A stretch of 64,000 nt of DNA. Source: Eledone cirrhosa. Taxonomy: Eukaryota. Where the stretch lies: NCBI GenBank assembly GCA_964016885.1, contig OZ024742.1:180792001-180856000 (forward strand), given 5' to 3'. Shown in pieces: positions 13,311 through 27,677 of the stretch. Position numbers and translations under genes: made by a program. Numbering within the stretch: position 1 is the stretch's first letter; each line of letters starts with the position of its first letter. Under the pieces are notes generated by a model, which searched no databases, was not told where the DNA came from, and was given only the letters and a program-made list of their open reading frames with translations.

Positions 13311-14241
13311 AAAATTATGAGGGAAAGTTTTTAGATAAATATAAACATTTAGCCCTGTCATTACTATATTTTTAATGAAGGACATTGCTTATGATTTTCA
13401 AATAATTTTGAAAATAATCAAAGTTTTTTTAAGGATTTGGCAGTATGTTTAATTTCATAACTGTTTAGTTTACATTTTACAAAGGTTCTTGCATAAAATT
13501 GTGACAGAAGGGTTTTAGGTGAATATAAACATTTGAGAATAAATAGTTTATTAATGTAAAACCAGAAACAGGTATCAAAAGGATTACTATGATAAAGTTT
13601 GATATGAAGGGGATTTGTGTGCTATTTCCAGTTAGTTGAACAACCACATAGGGTTTCACAAATTGACTTCTCTAGTTCACAAATGGGCTTCTCTAGTTTC
13701 TCTCTACTAAATTCCAGTCACAAGGCATTTCCAGTTAGAATACTGACTTGATATTATCAAAAAATAATTTATTATGAATTTTGACTGTCCTTGATATCAA
13801 AATTGTAACAGGCTTGTCCGAAAACATATTTGGTTGTTGTTTCTAGCACTTTTAAACAACTACGTTGTATGATGGAATAAAACTGAAACTTCCAACTGCA
13901 CACACACACATACATCACTCACTGCATGCTTTTGCTTATATACAGTTGCACATACATGCACACATAGTATTATTTATCCATTTTGGCTCATTTTGCTTAT
14001 CACTGTGAATGTGTTACTGGAAAATACTCAGAAGTTTCCAGGTTGCAGACAGAAATAATTTCTATTATACATATAAACATAATATTGGTGGATTGGCAGT
14101 ATCGATAAAGAGTCAGACACCATGCTTTGCAGCATAGAGTTATGTCTCTTTATGCTCTGAGTTCAAATCCTGCTGAAGTTAGCTTTGCCTTTCATCCTGA
14201 CAGGTTTCATAAAATAAAGCACCAATAGTGCACTGGAGTTG

Positions 14242-14272
<31 letters not shown>

Positions 14273-15596
14273 AGCGTTGCCTCCCTTGCCGAGCACTTGA
14301 ACTTGGCCTGGCACTTGAACTAAAACCTGTTGAGAAAGTGACGTCCTCGTTCAATCATCTTACCAAAAGCTTAACATTATTTGTCTAAGCGGACAGTACT
14401 TGATTTAGGAGTCGCAGAAACCCAAATGCTGGATTTTACCAACCATCCAGGGGTCCGGGTAAATTTTTCAATAATATTTTTTTATTTGTTTGACCCGAAT
14501 TACTTGGTCGTTTCTATGGCTCTGCGGATAATGGTTTAACCATCGTCTCAGTGTGTTTGGCCTTTTAACGTATGTTGTAGCTCTGGTTCGTTAGAATTTA
14601 TTGAGCGCTTGCCACACATCTCGAGGTTACCTATGAAATCTAATATAAATATCTTTGATATCTTCCAAATTTAACAAAAATGGTTCTAGTACCTACTGAA
14701 TCTACATAACTTCATTCGGTTTATTTATAGCAAAGTCTATAATTAATTAATTGGACTTTTGCTTTCTTTGCTACATTAAATATGATGCAAACATTAGAGC
14801 AGTATGTGGTCTTCTGACCAGTCTAGTCTCAGAACAGGACAACCTATCCAACCTATACCAGTGTGGAAAAGGAATATAAAATAGAGATGGTAATGATAAT
14901 AATGATGATAATAACATTAACTTGACTGTTTCAAAAGCAGATGTGTTAAAAATCCTTTCACAACTAAAACATTAATCAAGTTAAAACAACAACAAAAACA
15001 ACTTCAAAAAACAATATACTTACATAATGTCAAAGGGGAGAATTTAAATTAACAATTAATTTCAAAAATATTTCTAAAAGTAAAAATAAACATTATATTG
15101 TGATTTATTGGTTGACATTTTCCTTTAAATGTTTAATGCTGACTTCAATATATTGAGTGCTTTCAGGATTATTAACCTCCTCTTTGGTGTGCTTCTTGAT
15201 CTCTCAATCATAAAAATCACACAAATTAATAGTATGGAAAAACTAATAACATACTAATAAATAAGTAACACATCTAAGAGAAGAGGGAGACATGAAAGTG
15301 TCACTCTGTAAATAAATAAAAAAACAAAGCAATTTCTTTCACCTGAAATGAAGTACAGAATCACTGAAGAGTTCCAAGAAATGAAAAAAAGTATTTAAAC
15401 CTTAAACATCTTGTAATGTTAATACTACCTTTACTACTGAAGAGATTGTGAAAAATTGCTGTATTAGAGTAAATACTTTAATTATTAATGTGATGCCCTT
15501 TTAAAGAATGTTTTAGTAATGTGGTTTGTTAATTCAAATGATTACAGTATTTTTACAAGTAGGCAGACACGTGGTTGTAAATATTTGCAGAAAACT

Positions 15597-16023
15597 AAAG
15601 ACTAATTTTTTAATATGATGTAGGTAAAAGACTAATTTCTACTATGATGTAGGTAAAAGACTAATTTTTAATATGATGTAGGTAAAAGACTAATTTCTAC
15701 TATGATGTAGGTAAAAGACTAATTTTTAATATGATGCAGGTAAAAGACTAATTTCTACTATGATGTAGGTAAAAGACTAATTTTTAATATGATGTAGGTA
15801 AAAGACTAATTTCTACTATGATGTAGGTAAAAGACTAATTTCTACTATGATGTAGGTAAAAGATTAATTTTTAATATGATGTAGGTAAAAGACTAATTTC
15901 TACTATGATGTAGGTAAAAGACTAATTTTGAATATGATGTAGGTAAAAGACTAATTTCTACTATGATGTAGGTAAAAGACTAATTTTTAATATGATGTAG
16001 GTAAAAGACTATTTTTTTAGGTA
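15597..16023. repeat. 29-bp minisatellite, ~14.7 copies, mostly alternating A/B variants
   Basis: aaaagactaatttttaatatgatgtaggt alternating with aaaagactaatttctactatgatgtaggt. Confidence 0.97.
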
Positions 16024-16914
16024 AATGCAATTTTGTAGGTAAATAAAGTACAAAATTACAATTTTGTAGGTAAATTGCAATTTTGTACTTTACTAAGATA
16101 TATTCCCAATGTGATATAATTCAAACGTTTGTAGTATCTTTATTAGGTGACAGATTGTAGGGAAGTTTTTCAGTGTTAGAGTAAAGAATCTAATTCTTTA
16201 TGAGATGTAGTCATAATTCTGTTTTATACAAACTCACACACACACACTTACATACTTACATACACACATACATACATATATACACATACACTAACAAGCA
16301 CATATACATATGTACTCTGTGTCTCAATGAGCAAATATATCTGTGTGTATGTATGTATAAAGAAGTTGTAGTAAAAAAATATATATGTATCCCTCTCTCT
16401 CTCTCTCTAAGTATTTATATATATAAGCAAATGAATGAATGAAGCCATTAAAACAAGATCTTTATATAGTTCTTACACATGTTTCACCCATATATATATA
16501 TATGTGTATATATACAGAGAGAGAGAGGGTAAGATTATATGTATCATATATATATAAACAAACTCATGCACACATATTTGCTTATGTATCATTTATTTGT
16601 ATATATGTCACCATTACCATTATTATTACTTCAAAAATCGTTTTTGTAATTAAAGATTGCCAAGATTTCCAAAGAATCTTAAGTACTCAGTGTACTTAAG
16701 TTAATGACACATTACGTACTATGGTATTGCTTTTATACTACAGTATTCCACCACCACCACCCCTTCGTATTAATGAATGACATTACACACAAGAAAGATA
16801 TCCAGTTTTAAAATAATTAAATTGTCTCTTAAATTTAATTTGTTTTTATTTAAACATTACTTAATGGTTACTAATTGAAGAGTGGTTTTCATGTTTCGTA
16901 CATTCAATTTTTGT

Positions 16915-17375
16915 TCCAAAATAAAATGCACCTTGTACACTATAAAATGTCAGTGTCCATGCCACATTAAAATGCACCCAATCCACTCTGTAGAATATTG
17001 CTGGTTCCATGATAAAATATACCCAGTACAATTTGTAAAGGCATAGTACTGGTGCTATGATAAAATGCACCCAATACACCCTATAACTGTTGGTGATGAT
17101 GCCACAATAAAATGCACTTAGTTCTGCAAAGTGATAGTGCTGGTTTCATGATAAAATGCACCTAGTCCACCCAAGTTGTAGGTCTAGTGCCATGATAAAA
17201 CACACCTAGTACAATCTGTAAGATGGTAGGCATTAAGGACAGCCAGCCATAGAAACAATACCAAATATGGAACATGAGCAGCATGAGGTTGTTCTGTCTT
17301 GTTTAAATTTGGACTGTGACAAAACATCCAGCCCATGCCGGTATTAAAAGTGTACATAAAATAATGATGATGATA
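16915..17375 (+). mobile_element. RTE-tailed SINE-like element with an internally amplified ~45-bp unit; opposite-strand counterpart at 23030-23580
   Basis: Repeats of ataaaatgcacccagtacac...gtgcc followed by ggcattaagga..gccagccatagaaa and a (GAT)n tail. Confidence 0.7.
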
Positions 17376-17419
17376 AATATCTAATGCAAATTCTCAACAC
17401 TGTTTTTTGGGTGGTTGTC

Positions 17420-18060
17420 ATCATCATCACCGTTTTACATCTATTTTTCCATGCTAACATGGGTTAGATGAGTTGTCCTGTTGTGGGCAATGCTAGATCA
17501 GGTGATCATGTCTTGCTTATACAAGACTGATTTAGGCTTGATTTCTACAGCTGGATGTCCTTCCTAATTCTAACCTCATTTACATTGTGGACTGGGTGCT
17601 TTTTCTCGTGACACCTACCCCTCCACTTTACAGAGGTTGCGGGGTGCATACTGTATATATACTTCAGCTTTGGCCTGTACCCATGGGAAGTCGGGTCTCT
17701 TGTATCACTGCATAACACCAGAGATCTTGGTCCTGCATCATCACCTTTGAGAGGTGCAATTGGGCATGGTCAGCTTTTATCACCTCATCCCAAGTCTTCG
17801 TGGGTCTCCCCACTCCAAGGCTTCCATTGACTTTGAGCACTCTGCACCTTTTTATGCAGCTGTCATCCTTCATATGCATCACATGTCCATAACAATGTGA
17901 TCTCCTCTCCTGCACACAACATTTGATTCCTCATATGTATAGTCTCATTCTCAGTTTGTTTATGCTTTGCCGTTCGCATATATTACTATTACACAACCAT
18001 CGGAGCATGCAAGCTTCATTTTTTTCCAATCTAAGCAAGTCTTCTGCAAACAACGCCCAG
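17420..18060 (-). mobile_element. RTE 3' end relic with adjacent SINE tail
   Basis: ORF 17664-17915 YGHVMHM...GRPTKTWDEVI matches the RTE C-terminus at 39433-39657. Confidence 0.8.
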
Positions 18061-19994
18061 GTTATATTTCAAAATTAATTTTGTAATTGTTAACATTTCG
18101 ATATGTAGCAAAATTATCTCCGGATTAAAACTGCTGGTATGAAAATGCAAACTAAAATAACTATGACAACCAATGAAAACAGCTAGGATGATACCAATGG
18201 GTATTTAAGCCATCATAAACTTTCAATATTTTTCACTTCCTTACTCTATTCTCTCTGGACAAGAAACTTTAGTTGTGGCAGTTACCTGTAATAGTCAACA
18301 TTACCAAAGCCATATCATAGTATGCAGGTAATAGATCTGCCAGACATCAAGGTAATCTTTTTTCATCCTTTCTCTCTTTAATATGAAATGTAGACAAATT
18401 CCAGTACTTTTAGATATGAGTACATCAACAATAATATTCTACATTTTACTATCATCTTAATTAAAACACGCTTATCGTTATTTCAAATTTCTGCATATTC
18501 CTTTTGGTATTGTTGTTTGCCACATGGTTGCAAGAAATAAATATTTATATTATCCTTGCTGATCTGACTCAATGCGTTGATGAATTAGCTTTCATAACAT
18601 GAATTTAACATCATCAACTTCGATCAATTCAACCTCACATCCATAAGTAATGTTGACATTGACCACCATTGATTAAGGAACAAACCTACAACAAAACATT
18701 TACTGTTAAAGATATATATGAATGATATTTGTGTTTAATTACTGCTTAGCTGCTAAACATTCAATCTGATTGCCTCATTTATTTTATAGGTACATTTCAT
18801 ATATATTATACATGTAGTCATGGATGGGTGACTAAGTAGTTTGTTTTGCAATCATGTGAGACTCTATCATATTGTGAGATAGCACCTTGGGCAAGTGTCT
18901 TCTACTATAGCCTTAAGCTGACTTCTGCTTTGTGTAGGAATTTGGTAGCTGTTGACTGTAATGAAATCCATTGTATATATATATATCATCATCAATTTTT
19001 AAGTTAGCGTCTCCATGCTGACATAAGTCGGACAGAACATTTTCAGGCAATGTTGACCAGCCAGATGCCTTTCCTGATACCAACATTTTTAGTTGCCTCC
19101 TGCAACATGCAGCAATCAGTGTGCCTATTCTAAATAAACAGGATAGACATATGTATATATATATATTGTATTTGTTTCACAAAATTTTTGATGTGATAAA
19201 ATCTATTAACAAAGATATATCGATGTATTTGTGAACTTCATTCAGATAATAAACACACATGCACACATGCACTGGTTGTAGCTCTCTTCTATATTAATCA
19301 ATTTATCCATGTCTTTTGTTGTTCATCTGTAAGCTTCTCATTGAGTTCCCTGTAGGAAACTCAATGAGAAGATTACAGATGTGGTTGCATCAATCTAAGT
19401 TGCATCCTCTTACACTTGGTTGACTTCCGATTTCTTCCTACTCCAAGGTTGATAAAATGAATACTATGTTAGTATAATCGAGTAAAAACATTGAAGATGT
19501 GCTATAGCATGGCCACATTCCAATAATGAAAACCAGTAAAGGAGTGAAAAAAGATGAAAGAGTACATTATCATTTGCTTGTTGATGTAATAGACAATACA
19601 AATTTGATGTATAGCATGCAGAATTTCTAGTTTTGTTCTAGCAAGTAGTAATTCTTTGTCATGGAACATAATTCAGATTTATAGAAGGTTATATTATACT
19701 TCTTGTACATTTGATTCTGTATAACCCACCTTATATGAAATGTAAAATTATGGCTGGGATTAATATTACACTCATACTGACAAGGCAACAACTTCACAAG
19801 ATAATTTAGTTTCAAGCAACACGAAAGCATCTCACGATAAAGTGAAAAGTTAGAAGAATTTATTTCAGTATAAATCACACAATTCGTGTTCCATATAAAT
19901 ATCATTTCTTATGCTAGAAAAACATTGAAAATGGACACAGACATAGCAGGACGGAGACATATGACTTCGACTGAAGGCCAGCATGAAAAGCAGA

Positions 19995-20272
19995 TAGTCA
20001 TGATATCTGCTACAACCAAATGAATTTAAAAAAACCCAAACCTACACACACACACTTAACACACATATCCAACCTAATGACATGATTATTCCATCTTAGA
20101 TCTGTCTCTTTCATTGCTACCTCCGAGACTTTAGCAATGAAAGAGACAGATCTAAGATGGAATAATCATGTCATTAGGTTGGATATGTGTGTTAAGTGTG
20201 TGTCTGTGTGTGGTGTGTGTGTAGGTTTGGGTTTTTTTTAATTCATTTGGTTGTAGCAGATATCATGACTAT
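19995..20272. repeat. Near-perfect fold-back, ~125-140-bp arms, ~12-nt loop
   Basis: atagtcatgatatctgctac...ctctttcattgcta / tagcaatgaaagag...gtagcagatatcatgactat; arms differ mainly in (CA)n length. Confidence 0.97.
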
Positions 20273-20809
20273 GACCATGTTGGGTCTGTCATTATATAAT
20301 GCAGATGACTGTTAATGTGAATTATAATATCAGCCATGATAATTTGTAATATTAGATGCGTCATCAGAAACGATAGGAAAGAAATACTTTATGCTTAATA
20401 TAGTTACATTCTTTTACAATCTGACTTCAAATTCTAATGGATTTAACTCTTAGCATCCTCTAATGTTTCAATAGAAAACATCTAAAAATGGGTTTGTTGA
20501 TTCCAGTGTTTATAGTATCTTTACTAGTGGTTCATCAATGAGTATGGCACACAAATATTTCCATAGACAACTGGTCATCATTTCTTGTTATGACCTAAAA
20601 GGATCATTACTCTATATATACTATTGTATTTTCACAGTAAAGTCTTTATCTCACATATTTCACATAATATCGAATCTATGAGATTTTAATGTTATTTATT
20701 TTGAGAACAATATCTTAACATCAGTATGAGTGGCCAGTTATGGCCAGTTTGAACAGAAAGAAGTGAGAAAATTCTAGCCGGATACAGCTGGTTTAAATGC
20801 TAAAAGGCC

Positions 20810-21270
20810 TAAACATATTGCCAATTCTCACTCTGCTGACACCATCACTGCATGGAATGCCCATCTCTCATACATCTTTGCTTAGCTTTCTCAAAAACTC
20901 TAGACCATAGTACACTGTCAAAGGCCTTTTCAAATTGACCAATGCTAGGTAGAGGAGTTTGCTCTTAATTGAAAACTTCTTTAGTTGTTTTACGAGGATG
21001 AGGGCATCAGTGTTACTCTATTCTGGTACAAGTCCTAATTGCATCTAAGTTAATTATCTTCTTAAAAATAACTTTTTATATTATTATCATCTCTTTGATA
21101 CATCCATAGTTACTTATATCTAGAATATTTCCTTTACCCTTGTAATATTTAATGATGATACCAGTATACCAGTCATTGGGTGTGGCCCCTTCCTGTATAT
21201 ACAACATGATTGATGAAATGAATGACTAAAAAGTCCTCTACTTTGCTAGATATTTCCAGTATTTCAACTA
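20810..21270 (-). mobile_element. RTE RT relic
   Basis: Reverse strand reads KLLYLALVNLKRPLT (degenerate LYLAFVDLEKAFD) and the FVP...T.DA..L region. Confidence 0.65.
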
Positions 21271-22799
21271 CTATCAGACAACAGATGAAATATTGAACTT
21301 AACCAAACAATAAAAATAGCACAATAGGATACACAACAGACAAAACATATCACTCTCCAGACAACAAATGAAATATTGGGCTTAATCAAGCAATAAAAGT
21401 ATTACAATGAGATATATCACAAAAAAAATCTGACTCCACCTCACATTACAAAGTAAATAAGGCAATAGAAGTGACTACAGATAAACCATGAAAATACAGT
21501 AAAAATAACATAACCAAAACTAACTATACATGGAAAGGAGGATAAGTCCATTCTATAATAAAACAAAATGAAAATGAAAATTAACAAATAACTCTAAACA
21601 AGAGTTAATACAACACAAAATAGTACAGAATTTATATGTGAATAGACAACCAGTTCAAATATGTTCACTTGACTCCATACTTAGCAGCAAACAAAACAAA
21701 AACACACGTCCTAAGTGAATAATCAGTGAACAATTAGGAGAATCAATAAAAAATAAAGTTGGATCAATGGAAAGTCTCCTTAAGTTATCAGTAAACTTTT
21801 GAACATTATAGTTAAATAGAAATTAGTTGCTCCAATAATTGTTTATTTCTACTTAGGTAAACTTAAAGATCTATAGAATAAACAATCTTTGAGTTGAATT
21901 ACATTTTAGTCACGGTATTATTGGAAGGAAACTAGTTTAACCCTATTAAAGCATTCAAGTAGAAAGAAAATATATTATACAAAAACCTGGCAATTTTGTT
22001 AATGTTTTTTCTGTACTTTCCATAGTTTTGTCATGCTTCTAATGGTCGAATGCCCATCCTAGCATCAACAATATAAACTGAATGCATTTTATTATGCTAC
22101 CAGCACTAAAGTGGTTGTCTGCCAGGGCTTAAGTGTCCTATTAACAATGTGTAAGATAGTATTCCTCTCTTCTAGACTATGTGGGGAAATGGCTAAGTTG
22201 TTAGAGCATCAGATTAAATACATCAGTGTTTGTGGTGGCTCTCTGCTGAGGTCAACGGCTAAGGTCAACTGCTAAGGTCAACTTTGAATTTAAAAAAAGC
22301 CATGCAGTTTTATGAAAGTGTACAATTCTTTTATAAGCTTGCATGATTTCATTAGGATGAGTAACCCTTTTGTTACCATATTTTTAATGACGTATACTGC
22401 CAATGATTTTCAAATAATTTTGGATACAATCAAAGATTTGGTGAGATTTAGTAAAATACTTATTAATCTGGTGCATAACTTTACAATGATTTGTATATAA
22501 TATTATGATGGAAGGATTTTAGATATATAGAAACAATTCAAAACAAAGAGAAATTCTGGGTGGGGCTCATCAAATCAGACCAAGGAAATAATGTTTCCAT
22601 TGGTCCTTCCATTCCTGATACTACCTACTGGTTGCAATTCTTGGCAGAAAGAGCAACATAAAATAAAGTGTTTTGCTCAAGGACATAACGCATCACTCAG
22701 TCCAGGAATCAAACATTCAACTCACTAGGATTCACCAGTGTTGTATCATAAGAGTTAAAGTCTTTCAAATACGGTATTCATAAAATATGGTATTCATAA

Positions 22800-23015
22800 A
22801 ACGAATGTGCTTTGGGAAAAGAAGTCTTTGGATGTTGAGCTTGCTGAAAAAAAACCATTTATTATTAACTCCTTTGCAGATTCATAATGCAGATGAAATA
22901 GACCTTTTCTACAAGTGTGTAATTATAACTAATAAAGAGAGACAAATCCTTTAAGTGTTGAACTTAATCAAGATAAGCATAAGGCTACTTTATGTGTCAA
23001 TGGTTCTGGTATTCA
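22800..23015 (+). mobile_element. pogo/Tigger transposase relic (probably continues ~23600-23960)
   Basis: HNADEIDLFYKC (NADETGLFY-like) followed by a T..LC.N.SG motif. Confidence 0.55.
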
Positions 23016-25373
23016 TAAATTGAAGGTTTTTCATCATCATCATCATCACTGTTTTATATCTGTTTTCCACACTGGCATAGGTTGGACCAGTTGCCATGTT
23101 CTGAGACTAGATAGGTTAGATGACCACATCCTGTTTATGTATTCTAGTTTGACTTGTTTTCTACAACTGGTACCTTTCCTAATGGCAACCATTTTAGAGT
23201 GTGTACTGGGTGTTTTTTTATTGTGGCATAAACACTACCACTTTACAAGATGTATAAAGCACATTAAATCATGTCACCAGCACTAAAGTGGTTGGATGTA
23301 TTGTCAGAGAGACCCAATCTTGCTCATACATTCCATATCTCACATGGTTTCTATAGCTGGATGCTATTCCTAACACCAGCCACTTTACAGTGTACCAGTG
23401 TTTTTCATCATGGCACCAGCACTAACACTTTACAGAGTGCACTAAGTCACATTATCATGACACCATATAACCACTTTACAATATGTAACAGATGCATTTT
23501 ATTGTGGTGTAAGTCTAACACTTTACAGAGTATATTGAGTGCATTTTATCATATCACCAACACTTGTGAGGTTGCCATGTACTCAGCTAATTTTAAATGT
23601 GCATTTTAGTGACCTTAGAAAGATCACTGAATGTACACCAGACAATAACAGACTCAGAAATCTAACCTATAATTTAGAGAAGCAAATAGAAACAGAATAG
23701 AAACAGAAAAAACAGAAGTTTACACTGATGAGTTGAAATTACTTCCCATATCAATGTGAAATAAGATAATCAAAGAAGCTTTAATTATTTAGCTCAAGTT
23801 CTTGATATTACTGATTACAATCCTTGTAATGCATTTGTCATTATGTTTGCTTGAGCCATGAAGCAACAACTATCAGATGTTTTGTAAACCACATGACAGT
23901 CAACTAAATTAGGTGAATATTTCTTCCTATATGATTATATATTGGACTTTTATTGAATAAAGTACCATGCCATTATTCTACAAATAACACATTATTCTAC
24001 AAATAACACAGTTTCATCATCTTCCTTGCACTGTGAATTCCTTAACCATTTATCATTTAAACTGGCTGTATCCAGTCAGAATTCTCTCACCTCTTTCTGT
24101 TCAAACCAGCCATAACTGACCACTCATACTGACATTTGTTCTCAAAATAAATATCAAAATCTAATTGATTCGTTATTATGTGAGATAATCATGTGAAATA
24201 AAGCCCTTCTCACAAAAATACAATAGTAAATGTAGAGTAATGTAAATGCCCTGTATCACATGAAAGCACACCAGAAAGACATTTTCAAAAGTACAAAACA
24301 ACAAAATGATTAAATCATTAAATATCTAAGTCTTTATTCTAATACTGCAAATGTATACAACAATCTTTTCACAAGTAAAGATTCTATAAACATTTGAATA
24401 AATAAATCACATGAAAGCTCATTAGCAAGAGATTTTTGGTAAGTAGAAAACAGCACTATGATTGCATGACATCAAATATTTAAGTCTGTACACTAAAGCT
24501 ATTTGTCCATTAGCAAAGATTCTATAAACATTTGAATTAAGAAATTCAATTTTAGATATTTTATGCTATTATCTTATTGGACATTAGGCATCAAAATAAA
24601 CAGGTGATTTTAAGAGATTTGGTATCAAAATGTTCAAAGAGTTATTAACTGTGCATGCTAGTGAAATTTGCACAGATTTTGTTTACCAAATTCCACTGAG
24701 AATATATAGTTAGCTTTTAACCATTATCTATACAATCCATCTGAAGTGATGAATATTTATATAATGGTGAACAATTTTCATAAGAAACACTAACAATCAA
24801 GAAAGAAGATAGATATCAGGGGAACATTCAAGAATGCAGAGAAACAAAATGATCTCTCTAGGTACTATTACTACTACCATTAACATCTCTGTAGCTACTA
24901 CTACTAATACTCACCCCCTCCTCCTCCTACTACTATTACTACTACTACTACTACCACTACAACCAAAACCAGCACCACCAGCACCTCCATAGACACTACT
25001 ACAGCCGCTGCTGCTGCAGTGACTCCTGAACAAGTTTTTGGTGATGATGATGGTGGTGGTTTTGATGCTGCTGTTTCTGGTGATGTTGATGATGGTGGTT
25101 ATATCCCTGATGACGATGATGGTGTAAGACTGTGTGAAGTGAAATCAATGCTTTGGTTCTACATATATACGTGTATATGTAGAACCAAAGCACGTATATG
25201 TATTTTAAGTTTATACAGTAATAAATATTTAAGTATATCCACCACCATCACTACTGCCACCACCACTACCAACTTATCAACTTATTAGTAGCCACAAGGT
25301 GCAGAATTGAAGCCAATTCTTCATAGAAATAACTTATATTGCATAAAACCACAGAATATATGTATATTTGTAC

Positions 25374-25419
<46 letters not shown>

Positions 25420-25440
25420 ATATATATGTATATATATTTA

Positions 25441-25489
<49 letters not shown>

Positions 25490-25510
25490 ATATATATATA
25501 TATATATATA

Positions 25511-25674
25511 GCGGCGATGAATTAGTTTAGCGAGGTTTTTTTATATGAAATCGTGTGTCGAAACAAGTATTGTTACACTTGGGGAGGGTCATATTTGTGT
25601 AATATTGCCAGAATTAATAACAGAACACACTCACTGTTTGGTTGGTTTTCGCTTCTCGCTGTCTTTTATATCTA

Positions 25675-25717
<43 letters not shown>

Positions 25718-25907
25718 GTGTATATATATATATATATATATAGCGGCGATGAATTAGTTTAGCGAGGTTTTTTTTATATGAAATCGTGTGTCGAAACAAA
25801 TATTGTTACACTTGGGGAGGGGCATATTTGTGTAATATTGCCAGAATTAATAACAGAACACACTCACTGTTTGGTTGGTTTTCGCTTCTCGCTGTCTTTT
25901 ATATCTA

Positions 25908-25950
<43 letters not shown>

Positions 25951-26486
25951 GTGTATATATATATATATATATATAGCGGCGATGAATTAGTTTAGCGAGG
26001 TTTTTTTTATATGAAATCGTGTGTCGAAACAAATATTGTTATACTTGGGGAGGGTCATATTTGTGTAATATTGCCAGAATTAATAACAGAACACACTCAC
26101 TGTTTGGTTGGTTTTCGCTTCTCGCTGTCTTTTATATCTGCGATCTAACTTAATCGGTCCTCAATGTTGCCATTGACTGACCGACAGACTGAATAAAAAA
26201 TGGCGTAGATATACAACACAACAGGAGGAAAAAATATAACACCACTGACGATGTTGCAGATGTGCAACGAAAGATTTATGTAAATTATGTAAACTATATA
26301 TATGTGTTTGTGTCTATGTTGTATCTGTATTATTTTTGACCGTCGGTCAGTCAATGGCAACATTGAGGACCGATTAAGTTAGATCGCAGATATAAAAGAC
26401 AGCGAGAAGCGAAAACCAACCAAACAGTGAGTGTGTTCTGTTATTAATTCTGGCAATATTACACAAATATGACCCTCCCCAAGTAT

Positions 26487-26492
<6 letters not shown>
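25511..26492. mobile_element. Non-autonomous PLE-pLTR-like element: three ~233-bp tandem units separated by (TA)n, the last extended into a fold-back (arms ~26034-26185 and ~26342-26492)
   Basis: gcggcgatgaattagtttagcgagg at 25511, 25743 and 25976; inverted arms near-identical; hammerhead core in the spacer. Confidence 0.85.
26236..26290 (+). ncRNA. Hammerhead ribozyme core, family B (stems I/III degenerate in this copy)
   Basis: CUGACGA-U-GUUGCA-gaug-UGCAAC-GAAA at 26245-26272. Confidence 0.6.
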
Positions 26493-26554
<62 letters not shown>

Positions 26555-26607
26555 ATATATGTATATATATATATATATATATGTGTATATATATGTATAT
26601 ATATTTA

Positions 26608-26650
<43 letters not shown>

Positions 26651-26661
26651 GTGTATATGTG

Positions 26662-26694
<33 letters not shown>

Positions 26695-26789
26695 GTATAT
26701 ATGTATATATATATATATATATATCTATATATGTATATATATATGTATATATGTATATATATATGTATATATATATGTATATATGTATG

Positions 26790-26884
<95 letters not shown>

Positions 26885-26960
26885 ATATATATATATGCAT
26901 ATGTATATATATATATAAATATGTATATATATATATACATATATACATATATATATATAT
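26492..26960. repeat. (TA)n/(TG) compound microsatellite
   Basis: Direct reading; source of the YI-rich ORFs. Confidence 0.98.
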
Positions 26961-27162
26961 ACAAGCAAATTATGAACGTAAACATGAAACGGTGCGTGAC
27001 TTTAAAATTAGAAATTAGAAATTATAAGCTTTCACCGTATTTTAGACTAAAGAAATTTCTAGCCTGATAGTGGGGTTTATAACCCTCGGAGAAATGGAAA
27101 AAGATGAGTGTTGCCGTATATATATATATAGATATATACATATATGTATATGTATATATATA

Positions 27163-27450
27163 TGTTATACTTGGTGAGGGTCATATTTGTGTAATAATAT
27201 TGCCAGAATTAATAACAGAACACACTCACTGTTTTGTTGGTTTTCGCTTTTCGCTTCTGTGTCTTTTATATCGGTTATTTAATTTATTCGGTCCTCAATG
27301 TTGCCATTGACTGACCAACAGTCAAAAATACAGATACAATATAGACACAAACACATATATATAGTCTATCAAAGTTCTTTCGTTGCACATCTGCAACATC
27401 GTCAGTGGTGCTATTGTTTCCTCCCGTATCGTATGTCTACGCCATCTTTA
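27163..27450 (-). mobile_element. Second copy of the family-B pLTR-like element, with hammerhead fold at ~27362-27415 (minus)
   Basis: Minus strand reads CCA-CUGACGA-U-GUUGCA-gaug-UGCAAC-GAAAG-AA-CUU-UGAUAG; flanks align with 26040-26340. Confidence 0.8.
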
Positions 27451-27677
27451 TTTAGTCTGTTTATATATTTATTTATTTGTTTATTTTTTTTGTCTTCTTT
27501 GCGCATGTGTTTCCGTGTGTGTATAGTGTTTTGTTTAATGTGTGTTCGTGTTTGGGTGACTGTGTATTGGTTAATGTATTCTATCTTTACTAGTGTGTGT
27601 TTATATGTGTTTGTTGTTATTGTGCTTGTGTATGTATTTATTTATTTATCTATTTATTTATATATCATTTTTTTTTT

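Noticed and set aside
14495-14560. Minus-strand CUGAGA...GAAACG motif in a (TA)n-flanked unique element
   Set aside because: Core lacks a nucleotide and stems I/III do not pair; possibly a decayed pLTR but unsupported.
15106-15205. Protein-like minus-strand frame EIKKHTKEEVNNPESTQYIEV
   Set aside because: Only ~32 codons, bounded by stops, with no in-frame acceptor or recognisable homology.
15597-16023. CRISPR-like 29-bp repeats
   Set aside because: No unique spacers, no cas genes, eukaryotic context.
23722-23770. CUGAUGA...GAAA hammerhead-like motif
   Set aside because: No convincing stem I or III and extra bases before GAAA; lies in a probable pogo relic.
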